From IMG/VR virus record IMGVR_UViG_3300021389_000012, positions 12,530 to 76,529 of that record: DNA of 64,000 nt; one strand, written 5' to 3'. Each line of letters begins with the position of its first letter. Position 1 is the first letter of the stretch. Source of the stretch: a virus. Below the pieces are notes generated by a model, which did not search any database, was not told the origin of the DNA, and saw only the letters and a list, made by a program, of their open reading frames with translations. The position numbers and the translations under genes are program-made. Positions 28,279 through 37,848 of this stretch are shown one piece after another.

Positions 28279-28352
28279 ATATGTCCTATCCAGTGTGTAA
28301 CATCATCGCAAGGATCGTCTGTGCTATAAATAGATTCGCCAGTATCCAGCAT
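28275..28352 (-). CDS. putative 25-aa mini-ORF bridging the tail-terminator and Nudix genes
   Basis: AAGGAA then ATG; MLDTGESIYSTDDPCDDVTHWIGHI*. The TGA overlaps the Nudix ATG (ATGA). Confidence 0.4.
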   Translation of the reverse strand: MLDTGESIYSTDDPCDDVTHWIGHI

Positions 28353-29682
28353 TATAAATTCCTTCATAACTGTTGATCCATTCAGTTCCATTCCATTCTA
28401 ACTGATCGTTGCTTGAAGTATTTGTTACGTATTGTGTTGAGTTGTTTGTAGAACTATCAAAACTAATAGTCCATGCAGTACCATTGTACTCTATAATATC
28501 ATTTTTGTGTGCAACTACATTAGTCCATACTGCATTTATAGGAGTATCATTTAATATAATGTAACGTTGTCCGGTAACTGCTGAAGGAACACTTCCATCT
28601 CCAGGATAATTTTTAGTAGGATCTACTATAGCATTTACGGCTGTCAGTGTATTAGTTGGCAATGTTGAATTATCTATAGTAACACTTAAAAGATTTGGAT
28701 CACTTGGGTGGTCTTCTAATCTTCCAATAATATCATTATCATCATCAGTTATATCCGAGCCTTTTTTAAGTCGTAATTGACTTATACCGGATCTTAATGT
28801 GCCAAATGGTAATAATTCTTTGTCCCATTCCATTACTAATCCATCGTCACCTAAATTTGTACCCTTGTCGTTTAAAATTTGTAAATTACCATTTTCGTAT
28901 TTGACTTTTTTATCTTTGTATGTAACGATAGTATATTTTAATGTGTCTTTATCAAACACTTTTTGTTCTTTAAAATTATCTAAATCATCATCGTCTAAAC
29001 TATATAGTTGACTGATGATAGTATGAATTAGTTTTTGTTGTTTTAATTTTGCAGGTGGAGTAATATAAACTGGAATATTAAAAGTTAGTGTAGCAACGTC
29101 AATAATATCGTCAATACTCGATCCTACACTTCTAGTACTCCATGTAGTATTAGTTAGTTCTACATGACTTAATGAAGTCCAGTCAACTGGGCTATCATTA
29201 GTTCTTATATCAAGAGTAGGATTAAACAATACTAGTATCTGTTCCATAAGTTGTAATTTTTGATCTGTATTTGATGTCCATACATCGCAGTTCATTACTA
29301 ACATATAAGGAACGGGTGCATGTCTTTCAACTGTATATTGGTTACCTAATTCGTTTACATATTCTCCAGTTGTTTGATCGTATTTCTTTTCGTTTACTTG
29401 AACTTTATCTACGTGATCTTGATATGTACGTCTTTCAGCAAACATATCTAATGATGTTACATAACAACTAATAAATGGAACAGTGTTAACAATGTTTTCA
29501 CTGTTTTCTCTTGTTATGTGTGCTGCCATACGATTAATATCACCGTAGCGTACAGGTACTTGTTGATAGATAGGTAAGTCGTTATCGTTCTTGCCCATTT
29601 GTACACTGAATCCACTAAACAGTCTTATAAACTGTTGAATGTATCTTCTAATTTGTTTATCGTAAAAGTATTGTTGTGCCAT
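28324..29682 (-). CDS. tail sheath stabiliser / tail terminator (T4 gp15-like)
   Basis: YFYDKQIRRYI.QF, VPVRYG and QKLQLMEQILVLFNP. Confidence 0.8.
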   Translation of the reverse strand: MAQQYFYDKQIRRYIQQFIRLFSGFSVQMGKNDNDLPIYQQVPVRYGDINRMAAHITRENSENIVNTVPFISCYVTSLDMFAERRTYQDHVDKVQVNEKKYDQTTGEYVNELGNQYTVERHAPVPYMLVMNCDVWTSNTDQKLQLMEQILVLFNPTLDIRTNDSPVDWTSLSHVELTNTTWSTRSVGSSIDDIIDVATLTFNIPVYITPPAKLKQQKLIHTIISQLYSLDDDDLDNFKEQKVFDKDTLKYTIVTYKDKKVKYENGNLQILNDKGTNLGDDGLVMEWDKELLPFGTLRSGISQLRLKKGSDITDDDNDIIGRLEDHPSDPNLLSVTIDNSTLPTNTLTAVNAIVDPTKNYPGDGSVPSAVTGQRYIILNDTPINAVWTNVVAHKNDIIEYNGTAWTISFDSSTNNSTQYVTNTSSNDQLEWNGTEWINSYEGIYNAGYWRIYL

Positions 29683-30749
29683 TATTCAAAATCACTCTTT
29701 GGTTTAATTACTTGAGACAGAGGTTGCTTCTCTGGTGTCTCGATATTATCAACTATTGTTGTAGCATCATTGTTAATAAATTGGCTAGCGTTATAAGTCT
29801 TATCACTCCAAGTTTGGGCAGTAATATTATCATATAATCTATGCCATTTACTTCCTCGTCTAACAAAAAGTCTGTTAGGAGTAAAATCTGTTCTTACAAA
29901 ATACTCACCTTCGTTTGGTTGAGCAGGAAATTGATCACCTTGTTGTAATACTTCACCATGATCGTATGTTGTATTAGTATCTTCTTGACCAAATAAATGA
30001 TCAGCTAATGGTAAATTATTTGGATTTGCTGCTTCGGCACTCTTAACAATAGCATTACTAATATTAAGTTCTGTTTTGTAAGAACTGATATCATTTTTAA
30101 GGCTATTTGGATCATTTGCAGTACCAAGTATATCTGCGTATTCTTGTGTATCTGTTAATGGTGCTACTTTAACACGCCAAATATGTGGATACCAAGTTTG
30201 TGAAAATCCTTCACTTCCTCTTGCGGCATCTTGTACAACATAAAACTTATTAATAGCATCTCTATCGTTAGTAAGTAATAATTCATCACGTAAATGTGGT
30301 AACTCAATTACATCACCAGGCATAAGTCTACGCCCCATACGTTCTACCATATCATTGATATGAAAACTAATAAACAACGTATCATTTGTTAAAAACAAAC
30401 CAAATTGTGTTAAATCAAAGTCATTATCACTAACATTGTATACACCTCGTAGTTCAAAAATATCAGGATCGTATTTACGATCTCTGTTTTCCATAAACAG
30501 CAAGTCTTGTATGTTAGTTTCGTCAATTAGACCTTCTGGATTAATTTCTTCACCAGTAATGTTGTCAATTTCTAATCCACTGCCATAGTTAGGCTCACTT
30601 GGGTCATTGCTTTTATTCTGTACATCTGGTCCTAGGTATTTGTGTACATGTATACCTGTTCCACCTATATCAAATTGTTCACGGATACTGTGATCCATAA
30701 AAGTGTAATCATTTCCCTTAAAAGGTTTGTATAAACTGAGTCTTGGCAT
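29682..30749 (-). CDS. neck / head closure protein (gp14-like)
   Basis: IQDLLFMENRDRKYD, DLTQFGLFL and GRRLMPGDVIELPH; late promoter on - at 30771-30777. Confidence 0.7.
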   Translation of the reverse strand: MPRLSLYKPFKGNDYTFMDHSIREQFDIGGTGIHVHKYLGPDVQNKSNDPSEPNYGSGLEIDNITGEEINPEGLIDETNIQDLLFMENRDRKYDPDIFELRGVYNVSDNDFDLTQFGLFLTNDTLFISFHINDMVERMGRRLMPGDVIELPHLRDELLLTNDRDAINKFYVVQDAARGSEGFSQTWYPHIWRVKVAPLTDTQEYADILGTANDPNSLKNDISSYKTELNISNAIVKSAEAANPNNLPLADHLFGQEDTNTTYDHGEVLQQGDQFPAQPNEGEYFVRTDFTPNRLFVRRGSKWHRLYDNITAQTWSDKTYNASQFINNDATTIVDNIETPEKQPLSQVIKPKSDFE

Positions 30750-30860
30750 GTGGTTTTCCTTGTTATAATGTATTTATCCATTTTTATAATAACATATTGC
30801 AGAAAGGCTAAATAGTTATGTATGCAGTTAATAATCTGCATTTTATATAAGGAAAAGACT

Positions 30861-31832
30861 ATGTTTAGATTTTTCACAGAAAAGAAATGGGCATTGTGGT
30901 CCTGGTTAGGATCTGCAATAATTTTATCATCACTTTGGGTTCAGGTCGAAATTGATGTTAAAATTAACGAATGGTTTGGTCAGTTTTATGATATGATCCA
31001 GAAAGCCCTAGCAACACCCAATGCAATCACCATAGGTGAGTATTGGAGTAGTTTAGCAAGTTTCTTATACTTAGCCGCCATATACGTAGGTATTGCAGTT
31101 GTAGTAAGTTATTTTACAGCTCACTTTCTATTTAGATGGCGTACGGCAATGGTAGAATGGTATCATTCAGTATATGACAAAGCTAGAACTATAGAAGGTG
31201 CCGCACAAAGGGTACAAGAAGATACGATTAAGTTTAGTCGTATTATGGAAGGTCTAGGTACAAGTTTTATTGAATCAATTATGGTTCTAGTACAGTTTGT
31301 TCCTATTCTATTAGGATTATCAGTTGGTATTCCAATCTTCTTCTTTGGTGATTGGCAATATGGACTTGTAACAGGTGCCATTATATGGTCAGTAGGTGGA
31401 ACATTATTCTTAATCGCGTTAGGTTGGATATTACGCTTAGTTGGTGTAGAATATGACTTGCAAAAGAAAGAAGCCGCATACAGAAAAATACTTGTTATTG
31501 CAGAAGATGATGAAACTGTAAGACCAAAGACTATTAACGAACTTTTCCAAGATGTTCGTAGTATTCACTTTAAGTCTTATTTGCGTTATTTGTACTTTAA
31601 TGTAGGACGTATTACATACTTACAAGCAAACGTGTTATCAGCTTATGTGTTCTTAGCACCAGCTATTGTAGCCGGCGTTGTAACACTGGGTGTAATGCAA
31701 CAGATTATTCGTGCATTTGGAAGAGTAGAAGGCAGTATGCAATATCTCTTTAGAGCATGGCCAACACTTATTGAGTTAATGAGTGTGTTTAAACGTTTAA
31801 GAGAATTTGAGCGTCAAATTAACGAAAAATAG
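30861..31832 (+). CDS. SbmA/BacA-family inner-membrane peptide transporter
   Basis: Multi-TM protein with INEWFGQFYDMIQKAL, FLFRWRTAM, IEGAAQRVQEDT, QKKEAAYRK.LV.AED and QQIIRAFGRVEGS. Start reassigned to MFRFF. Confidence 0.85.
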   Translation: MFRFFTEKKWALWSWLGSAIILSSLWVQVEIDVKINEWFGQFYDMIQKALATPNAITIGEYWSSLASFLYLAAIYVGIAVVVSYFTAHFLFRWRTAMVEWYHSVYDKARTIEGAAQRVQEDTIKFSRIMEGLGTSFIESIMVLVQFVPILLGLSVGIPIFFFGDWQYGLVTGAIIWSVGGTLFLIALGWILRLVGVEYDLQKKEAAYRKILVIAEDDETVRPKTINELFQDVRSIHFKSYLRYLYFNVGRITYLQANVLSAYVFLAPAIVAGVVTLGVMQQIIRAFGRVEGSMQYLFRAWPTLIELMSVFKRLREFERQINEK

Positions 31833-31866
31833 CAAAAATAACAAAATAAAAGCCAAAAAAAAAATA

Positions 31867-31903
31867 AAAACCCTGTAAGTTATTGAAATTGCAGGGTTTT
31901 TTT
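31867..31903 (+). terminator. Rho-independent terminator
   Basis: AAAACCCTGTAA...TTGCAGGGTTTTTTT. Confidence 0.75.
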
Positions 31904-31916
31904 ATGACTGAAAAGG

Positions 31917-31945
31917 TTGACAAGTAAGACATCTTACCGTATACT
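31917..31945 (+). promoter_or_regulatory. sigma70-type early promoter
   Basis: TTGACA, 17 bp spacer, TATACT. The spacer holds the palindrome TAAGA-CA-TCTTA. Confidence 0.8.
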
Positions 31946-31977
31946 ATATGTATAGTTAATAAAAAAGGAGCTAAAAT

Positions 31978-32280
31978 ATGTTTAAAAAAGAGATGTTTGA
32001 TTATTACGGTGGATACTTAACTTACGAAGGTAACTTTGTTGCTCGTTTTAAATATGTAACTTACCAGGGTTCTTTCAAGAACTTTCTAATTAAGAACTTT
32101 ACTCCTGAAGAGTATTTTACTCGTTACAAAGAAGGTGAATCACCTTTAGCAATTTTAGAGTCAAAAGGATTTATGACTCCTCAGGCAAAGAAATTGTGTA
32201 AACAAAACTTTATGAAACCTACACAAGAAAATTATAAAATTTGTATTCATGCTATAGCAGAAGCAAGGATGTCAGCATAA
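31978..32280 (+). CDS. hypothetical early protein
   Basis: 100 aa with AAGGAG RBS; FLIKNFTPEEYF..ESPLAILESKG. Confidence 0.7.
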   Translation: MFKKEMFDYYGGYLTYEGNFVARFKYVTYQGSFKNFLIKNFTPEEYFTRYKEGESPLAILESKGFMTPQAKKLCKQNFMKPTQENYKICIHAIAEARMSA

Positions 32281-32780
32281 TGAAAGAACTACTTACAGAA
32301 ATTAAATCACGTAACATTAAAGCTAAGGCTTGGATGGAAGAAAATCCAGGTAGTTGGTCAGGTATGTATTCTGAAGATGAAGCTTATTGGATTGAACGTG
32401 GTATTACTAATCTTGTAGAGCTTGAACGTGATGAGTTAGCAACTTATATTTACGAAGGTCATAAAGATGCTTATGGTACAAAAGGTCGTCATTATGATTT
32501 TGAAGCAATGACTACACAAGAGCTTAAAAGTGAAGCTGATAGAATTTCTGTAGCAGTTAATGAACAAATGGAATTAGAAGCCAAATGGGAAGCTGAAGCA
32601 GTTTCTAAGTTTGAAACTTCAATTAAAAAATACATGGATATGGGTCAAACTCGTAAAGATTCTATTCGTTGGATATTGCAAGCAGAAGAACTTGACAATG
32701 AAAGAGATGCAGACTATATTTGTTATAGTCTTGGATTACCGTACAGTATGAAAACTGAATTTAACAACATAGGAGTGTAA
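32280..32780 (+). CDS. hypothetical early protein
   Basis: Start MKELL coupled by TAATG; HKDAYGTKGRHYDF motif. Confidence 0.7.
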   Translation: MKELLTEIKSRNIKAKAWMEENPGSWSGMYSEDEAYWIERGITNLVELERDELATYIYEGHKDAYGTKGRHYDFEAMTTQELKSEADRISVAVNEQMELEAKWEAEAVSKFETSIKKYMDMGQTRKDSIRWILQAEELDNERDADYICYSLGLPYSMKTEFNNIGV

Positions 32781-32782
32781 TA

Positions 32783-33151
32783 ATGGAAAAATTTAAAGTA
32801 TATCAAATTAGACTAACAGACGCTGAAATTGATCTTATTAATGAAGAAGGACATGATGCAGTTCATAAAAATTCTTTGAGATTAGATATGAATCTTGGTA
32901 GAGAAGATACAGGCAGACTTGCCGCAGATGCATTCAACAGAGGATATTACACACATGTTAGTAACATTACTGCACTAGATCTTGAAGGTGTGTTTCATGT
33001 AGGAAACATGGGTCCAGAAGAATTAATTGAAAGATTAGCACCTATGCACAGTCTTAGTGTTGGTGATATTGTTGAAAATGCAGATGGTGAAAAACAGGTA
33101 GTTGCTGACTTTGGATTTAAAAAGGTTGACGAAATTAAAGTTTTAGCGTAA
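32783..33151 (+). CDS. YodL-like domain protein
   Basis: KVYQI...LEGVF...MHSLSVGDIV signature. Confidence 0.6.
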   Translation: MEKFKVYQIRLTDAEIDLINEEGHDAVHKNSLRLDMNLGREDTGRLAADAFNRGYYTHVSNITALDLEGVFHVGNMGPEELIERLAPMHSLSVGDIVENADGEKQVVADFGFKKVDEIKVLA

Positions 33152-33154
33152 ACT
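33126..33154 (+). promoter_or_regulatory. sigma70-type promoter
   Basis: AAAAGG-TTGACG, 17 bp spacer, TAAACT. Confidence 0.55.
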
Positions 33155-33188
33155 TGTTTTAATTTACATCAACTAGGAGTGACAACTA

Positions 33189-33365
33189 ATGATAGAAATT
33201 TTATCTTTCATAGACGAATTAAATGATTTATATTCTAAAACCACTGATTTAACCTCTAAACGACAGATTTCTTCTGTTATTGATAAGTATCAAAAAATAG
33301 CCGACGACATGGAACGTAGGCTATTTGACGAATATAACGGAGACGATAACAATGGCAATGCCTAG
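33189..33365 (+). CDS. 58-aa hypothetical protein (absent from the ORF track)
   Basis: AGGAG RBS; MIEILSFIDELNDLYSKTT...FDEYNGDDNNGNA*; overlaps the next start. Confidence 0.55.
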   Translation: MIEILSFIDELNDLYSKTTDLTSKRQISSVIDKYQKIADDMERRLFDEYNGDDNNGNA

Positions 33366-34638
33366 AACAAAGCGTAAGCAACCTAGAAGACCATCTGAAA
33401 GAATTAGAGCTAATCAACTAAAAGATCCTAGTTGGGAAGGCGCAGACGGATGGTCTGGCAAAGAGTATCATCATGCTCGACAAGCCGCAACTGATTATTA
33501 TTACAGAAATTATAAAACTTCTGTTCTTATTGATTATGCTTGGGATTGGATGCTTGCTAATGGTTATAATAAAAAAGATATAAAATGCGTCAAAGCAGCC
33601 AAAGCCGGAGCCATTAATGCAACTACAGGATATTACTGTCGTATGCTTACAATGGGTTGCCCAGATCAGCATTTGGCCTGGAATGCATATTGGGAAAGTC
33701 TACCCGGCACAATGGGTACTCCAACTTCAATCAGTGAATTTATTAATAAAACAGTTAAACAAGCAATTGAAGATGGCAAAGAACATGTAGAAGAAGCAGA
33801 GCGTTTAGCAGAAGCAGAAGCAAAAAGAAATGCTAGACCAAAGCCAACTATACAACAACTACTACATGCAGCCGCATTGCAAATGACTAATGAAATAGAA
33901 GACTTTCTAGAACAATGGGTAGTTAGCGGATATGATCCAAAACTTGTAAAAGATTTTAAGCCAGATGCATTATTGCGTAGAGCATCGGCTAAACAGGCAC
34001 ATGTAAGAATTATTCGTAATATATACAAAGACAATGTTGTAGAGTTTACTGAGCTTGCTAAAAAAGTTAAAAAAGAAAACAAAGACGATATGCGTTTGCA
34101 GTTGGAAGAAGGATATGAACACATGTCCACTGCACAACAAAAAGGTGCATTAGAATTATATCGTAAAATTACAGATGCATGTGATATTGTAGAGGCAGAA
34201 AGCAAAGCAGGTCGTAAGCCACGCAAAACACGTATAAAGAGCCCAGAAGACATTGTTAAGAAGCTCAAATTTAAGCAAACAGACGCCGAATACGGTTTAG
34301 GTAGCATAACACCAGCAGAAATCGTTTACGCCCGTATACTGGTGGTTTTTAACACTAAAAACCGTAAGGTTGGATTGTATTATGCTAAGAATGTAGACCC
34401 TATGGGATTAAAACGAGAAGGTAGTGGGCTAAGTGTTAAAGGAACTACCATAACAGGATATGATGAAGAAAAGAGTTTACAACGCACAATTCGTAAGCCA
34501 CAAGAATTTCTACCAGAACTTAAAAAAGCCACAAGAGCCAAAACAGAAAAGTTGTTTGAAACACTAAAAACAACTGAAACTAAGTTAAATGGACGTATTA
34601 ATGGAGAGACTATCTTATTAGCCGCCTTTAATAAGTGA
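33352..34638 (+). CDS. hypothetical basic protein
   Basis: Lys/Arg-rich, ending in KLNGRINGETILL; start MAMPRT after GGAG. Confidence 0.7.
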   Translation: MAMPRTKRKQPRRPSERIRANQLKDPSWEGADGWSGKEYHHARQAATDYYYRNYKTSVLIDYAWDWMLANGYNKKDIKCVKAAKAGAINATTGYYCRMLTMGCPDQHLAWNAYWESLPGTMGTPTSISEFINKTVKQAIEDGKEHVEEAERLAEAEAKRNARPKPTIQQLLHAAALQMTNEIEDFLEQWVVSGYDPKLVKDFKPDALLRRASAKQAHVRIIRNIYKDNVVEFTELAKKVKKENKDDMRLQLEEGYEHMSTAQQKGALELYRKITDACDIVEAESKAGRKPRKTRIKSPEDIVKKLKFKQTDAEYGLGSITPAEIVYARILVVFNTKNRKVGLYYAKNVDPMGLKREGSGLSVKGTTITGYDEEKSLQRTIRKPQEFLPELKKATRAKTEKLFETLKTTETKLNGRINGETILLAAFNK

Positions 34639-34670
34639 TACTATGATAAATACATAGTAGGAGAATTTAA

Positions 34671-35408
34671 ATGGCAGCTATAAACAAACTTCAAAAAGAA
34701 ATAGAACTACGCTTAGGCGGTGGAATGGTCGATGTTGAACTCGATCCAGAACACTATGAACTTGCCGCCGAAAAAGCATTAGCAAAATACAGACAACGTG
34801 CCGAAAATGCCGTAGAAGAAAGTTTTATCATTCTTGAAATAATAAAAGATCAAAGTGAATATACACTTCCATCAGAAGTAATGGAAGTACGTGATATTTA
34901 CAGACGTACAACTGGTGTGAGCAGTGGAACAGGAAATGATATAGAACCATTCCAAGCGGCTTACCTTAACACATACTTGTTAGGTAGTAGCAGAAACGGT
35001 GGACTATCAAGTTTTGATTTCCTACAACAAAACAGAGAAACAATGGGTAGACTGTTTGGTGCAGAGCTATTGTTTACTTGGCGCCCACAAGATAAAAAAT
35101 TAATTCTACAAAGAAAAATTAAAGCAGATGACAATGCAGTATTACATTGTTATAACTACAGACCTACAGAAAGTTTACTAGAAGATACATATGCTGGTCC
35201 TTGGATAAAGGATTACGCATTTGCACACGCAAGATTAATGCTTGCAGAAGCACGTGGTAAATTTACACAGATAGCAGGACCACAGGGTGGTACTACAATG
35301 AACGCAGACCAATTACGTACAGATTCTTTAACAGAAATTGATAAGCTAGAGACAGAACTTACATTGTTTAATGATGGAAGTACTGGTCTCGGATTTGTTA
35401 TAGGTTAA
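34671..35408 (+). CDS. neck / head-tail adaptor protein (T4 gp13-like)
   Basis: LRLGGGMVDVELDPEH, WIKDYAFA and ARGKF..IAGPQGGTTMN; late promoter at 34646. Confidence 0.85.
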   Translation: MAAINKLQKEIELRLGGGMVDVELDPEHYELAAEKALAKYRQRAENAVEESFIILEIIKDQSEYTLPSEVMEVRDIYRRTTGVSSGTGNDIEPFQAAYLNTYLLGSSRNGGLSSFDFLQQNRETMGRLFGAELLFTWRPQDKKLILQRKIKADDNAVLHCYNYRPTESLLEDTYAGPWIKDYAFAHARLMLAEARGKFTQIAGPQGGTTMNADQLRTDSLTEIDKLETELTLFNDGSTGLGFVIG

Positions 35409-35669
35409 ATGCATCTCAACACAATCCATGATCACAATGGCGGCTCATGTCAGAATTGTGGTTGGGGATCACATTGTGGAACAGCCAGATATGCAGAAGC
35501 ACAAGACTATGCAATAGACGGCGGAGAATATAGACAAATTAAAATTTGTGATCATTGCAGATGTAATCAATGCATACCTACTATTCCTAAAACATATCTC
35601 ATACCCAAAAAACCAATAGTTACTTGGAAGCAATTATTAAAACACATGCGTGATTTAAGTAAAAGATAA
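35409..35669 (+). CDS. small Cys/His-rich (Zn-binding) protein
   Basis: CQNCGWGSHCG...CDHCRCNQC. Confidence 0.6.
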   Translation: MHLNTIHDHNGGSCQNCGWGSHCGTARYAEAQDYAIDGGEYRQIKICDHCRCNQCIPTIPKTYLIPKKPIVTWKQLLKHMRDLSKR

Positions 35670-35670
35670 C

Positions 35671-35699
35671 TTGACATTTTTATAGAAAGTTAGTATAAT
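35671..35699 (+). promoter_or_regulatory. consensus sigma70 promoter
   Basis: TTGACA, 17 bp spacer, TATAAT. The ATG is 6 nt downstream, implying a leaderless-type mRNA. Confidence 0.85.
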
Positions 35700-35705
35700 A
35701 TACAC

Positions 35706-36347
35706 ATGAAGAAAAAAATAATTGGTATATGTGGACTTATTGGACACGGCAAAGACACTGCAGCCGGATTCTTAATTGAACAAGGATTTGAGCGAGTCAG
35801 TTTTGCTGGTGTGCTAAAAGATGCATGTGCTAATATTTTTGGATGGGATAGAATACTACTAGAAGGTAACACACCAGAAAGCAGAGTTTGGAGAGAAACT
35901 GTTGATGAATGGTGGGCTACACGTTTAAACATTCCAAATTTCACACCTCGCCTTGCATTACAACATGTAGGCACTGATGCACTAAGAACACACTTTCATC
36001 CAGATATATGGGTTGCGGCGTGCGAAAGACAAATTATCAATTCAGAAAAAAATGTAGTTATAAGTGATTGTAGATTTTTTAATGAACTACAAGCAATCAA
36101 AAACTTAGGTGGAGATACTGTAGTTGTATGGAGAGGTGATAAACCAGATTGGTGGAACATCGCTTCTACAACAAACATAGCACATGCATCAGGTAAACGA
36201 ACACACCTCGTAGATGGTATGGCTGGTAAATATTCAGATGTACATAAAAGTGAATGGAGTTGGGCAGGTTGGGAGTTTGATGTAGAACTTCTAAATTCAT
36301 CTACTCTTGAAGAACTTAAACAGCATACTATAGAAAAGCTAGCATAA
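35706..36347 (+). CDS. deoxynucleoside monophosphate kinase (T4 gp1-like)
   Basis: GLIGHGKDT P-loop, SFAGVLKD, TPRLALQHVGT and VISDCRFFNE. Confidence 0.9.
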   Translation: MKKKIIGICGLIGHGKDTAAGFLIEQGFERVSFAGVLKDACANIFGWDRILLEGNTPESRVWRETVDEWWATRLNIPNFTPRLALQHVGTDALRTHFHPDIWVAACERQIINSEKNVVISDCRFFNELQAIKNLGGDTVVVWRGDKPDWWNIASTTNIAHASGKRTHLVDGMAGKYSDVHKSEWSWAGWEFDVELLNSSTLEELKQHTIEKLA

Positions 36348-36402
36348 AACATCACAATTGTTTAACATAAATATATTAAATAATTGATATAAGGAATAAC
36401 GT

Positions 36403-37848
36403 ATGTTTAATGAAACATGGTGGAATAAAAAAAATAAATCAAAAGAATTAACAATAGGTTGGTTATATAATAACAACATTAAAGATGACTTTGCAAAAGG
36501 TTATACAAAAAATTTAACTGACTATTGGACAGTTGAAATGGGGTTGTTTGTGCCAAATCAGTTCGCAGGTGAAACAATAGACGACTTATTAAAACAAGCA
36601 TACGATAGCGGGTTTGCACAAATGATTGTTTTTAAACAAGGTTCTATTCTCAAAGGTGATAACTTTTATAATGAATTTAGAAAATTCTATACAGAAAATA
36701 AAGATACTAAATTTATTGGACACATATTAGATAATAATGAAAGTTATTATAGGGTTCATCCACAAGCATTTTTTATAGATCTTAATTGGTGGGCTGACGC
36801 TGGATTTCCTGAATGGGGCGAGCAAAAACAAAATTCACCATTTGAAACTATAGAACCAATACGTAGTGAAGAAAACCATCATGATCAATATACTCCACAT
36901 TGGATAGCACCAAGTAACCAATTAAAAACATATTCAGGAAAACGTGAAGGTTGGAATATAGTAAAATCATTAATAGAATCAGGTGAAAAGATATTATCAT
37001 GGTCACATAAGTGTAGAGTATCAAAACACTATACGTACGAAGAAGTAAAAGAAGATGGACCTAGACATAGAGCTGACACATTGCTAGAGGCTACTGGACA
37101 CGAAGTATTTTTTATTGCTAATACAGAAAGTTTACCATCTGACCGCCATTTAAAAGAACTATTTACTCATAGAAAAATGGTCACAGATAAAAATTGGAAT
37201 GAAAAATTTCAGCACGTAATTACTCCAGCCGCTGGACTTAGTACACTTTTTTTTGCATTTAAACTTGGGTTAAAAGCAGGAGACCGTATTACTATATACG
37301 ACTGCTCTGCAACAGCTCTTAGGCTTACACGTAGAATACTGCTTCAGTGGGATGGTACAGAATATACTAAATTTGCTAAAAAGTTGATAAAACAAAATAT
37401 AAATACAGAATTCAGAGGCCATGCTCAACTCAAGGATATTGAACAAGCTATAGAAAAATTAAATTGGATAGGATTTAGTGATTGGATTAAAAATGAATTT
37501 AGCCGTATTGAGATTGACGATTATAAAGTTGATATCCTAAATGAGCATAAACAACAGGAGTTAGTAAATCTGATAACAAGCGATGAGATTACTTACTTGC
37601 ATTTAACTAATATATTTCATTACACTCCTACAGCCTTCTATTACAGTCTACAACAAAGATGGCAGTTGTTTAATGATTTATTAATTAAACTAAAGAAACG
37701 ATCTAATAATAATAATATATTGTTATATGCCGCAAGAGGACCTGGCACTGATAATCCAATTATAAATTGGATAGATGATTGGGATCCATATGATTTTTAT
37801 GATATTCCAAAAGACAGTATAATGAGGTTATTAAAATGGAACAAATAA
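36403..37848 (+). CDS. hypothetical two-domain enzyme-like protein
   Basis: 481 aa under a late promoter at 36367. IGHILD in the N-half; TPAAG...IYD in the C-half is weakly Rossmann/MTase-like. Confidence 0.6.
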   Translation: MFNETWWNKKNKSKELTIGWLYNNNIKDDFAKGYTKNLTDYWTVEMGLFVPNQFAGETIDDLLKQAYDSGFAQMIVFKQGSILKGDNFYNEFRKFYTENKDTKFIGHILDNNESYYRVHPQAFFIDLNWWADAGFPEWGEQKQNSPFETIEPIRSEENHHDQYTPHWIAPSNQLKTYSGKREGWNIVKSLIESGEKILSWSHKCRVSKHYTYEEVKEDGPRHRADTLLEATGHEVFFIANTESLPSDRHLKELFTHRKMVTDKNWNEKFQHVITPAAGLSTLFFAFKLGLKAGDRITIYDCSATALRLTRRILLQWDGTEYTKFAKKLIKQNINTEFRGHAQLKDIEQAIEKLNWIGFSDWIKNEFSRIEIDDYKVDILNEHKQQELVNLITSDEITYLHLTNIFHYTPTAFYYSLQQRWQLFNDLLIKLKKRSNNNNILLYAARGPGTDNPIINWIDDWDPYDFYDIPKDSIMRLLKWNK

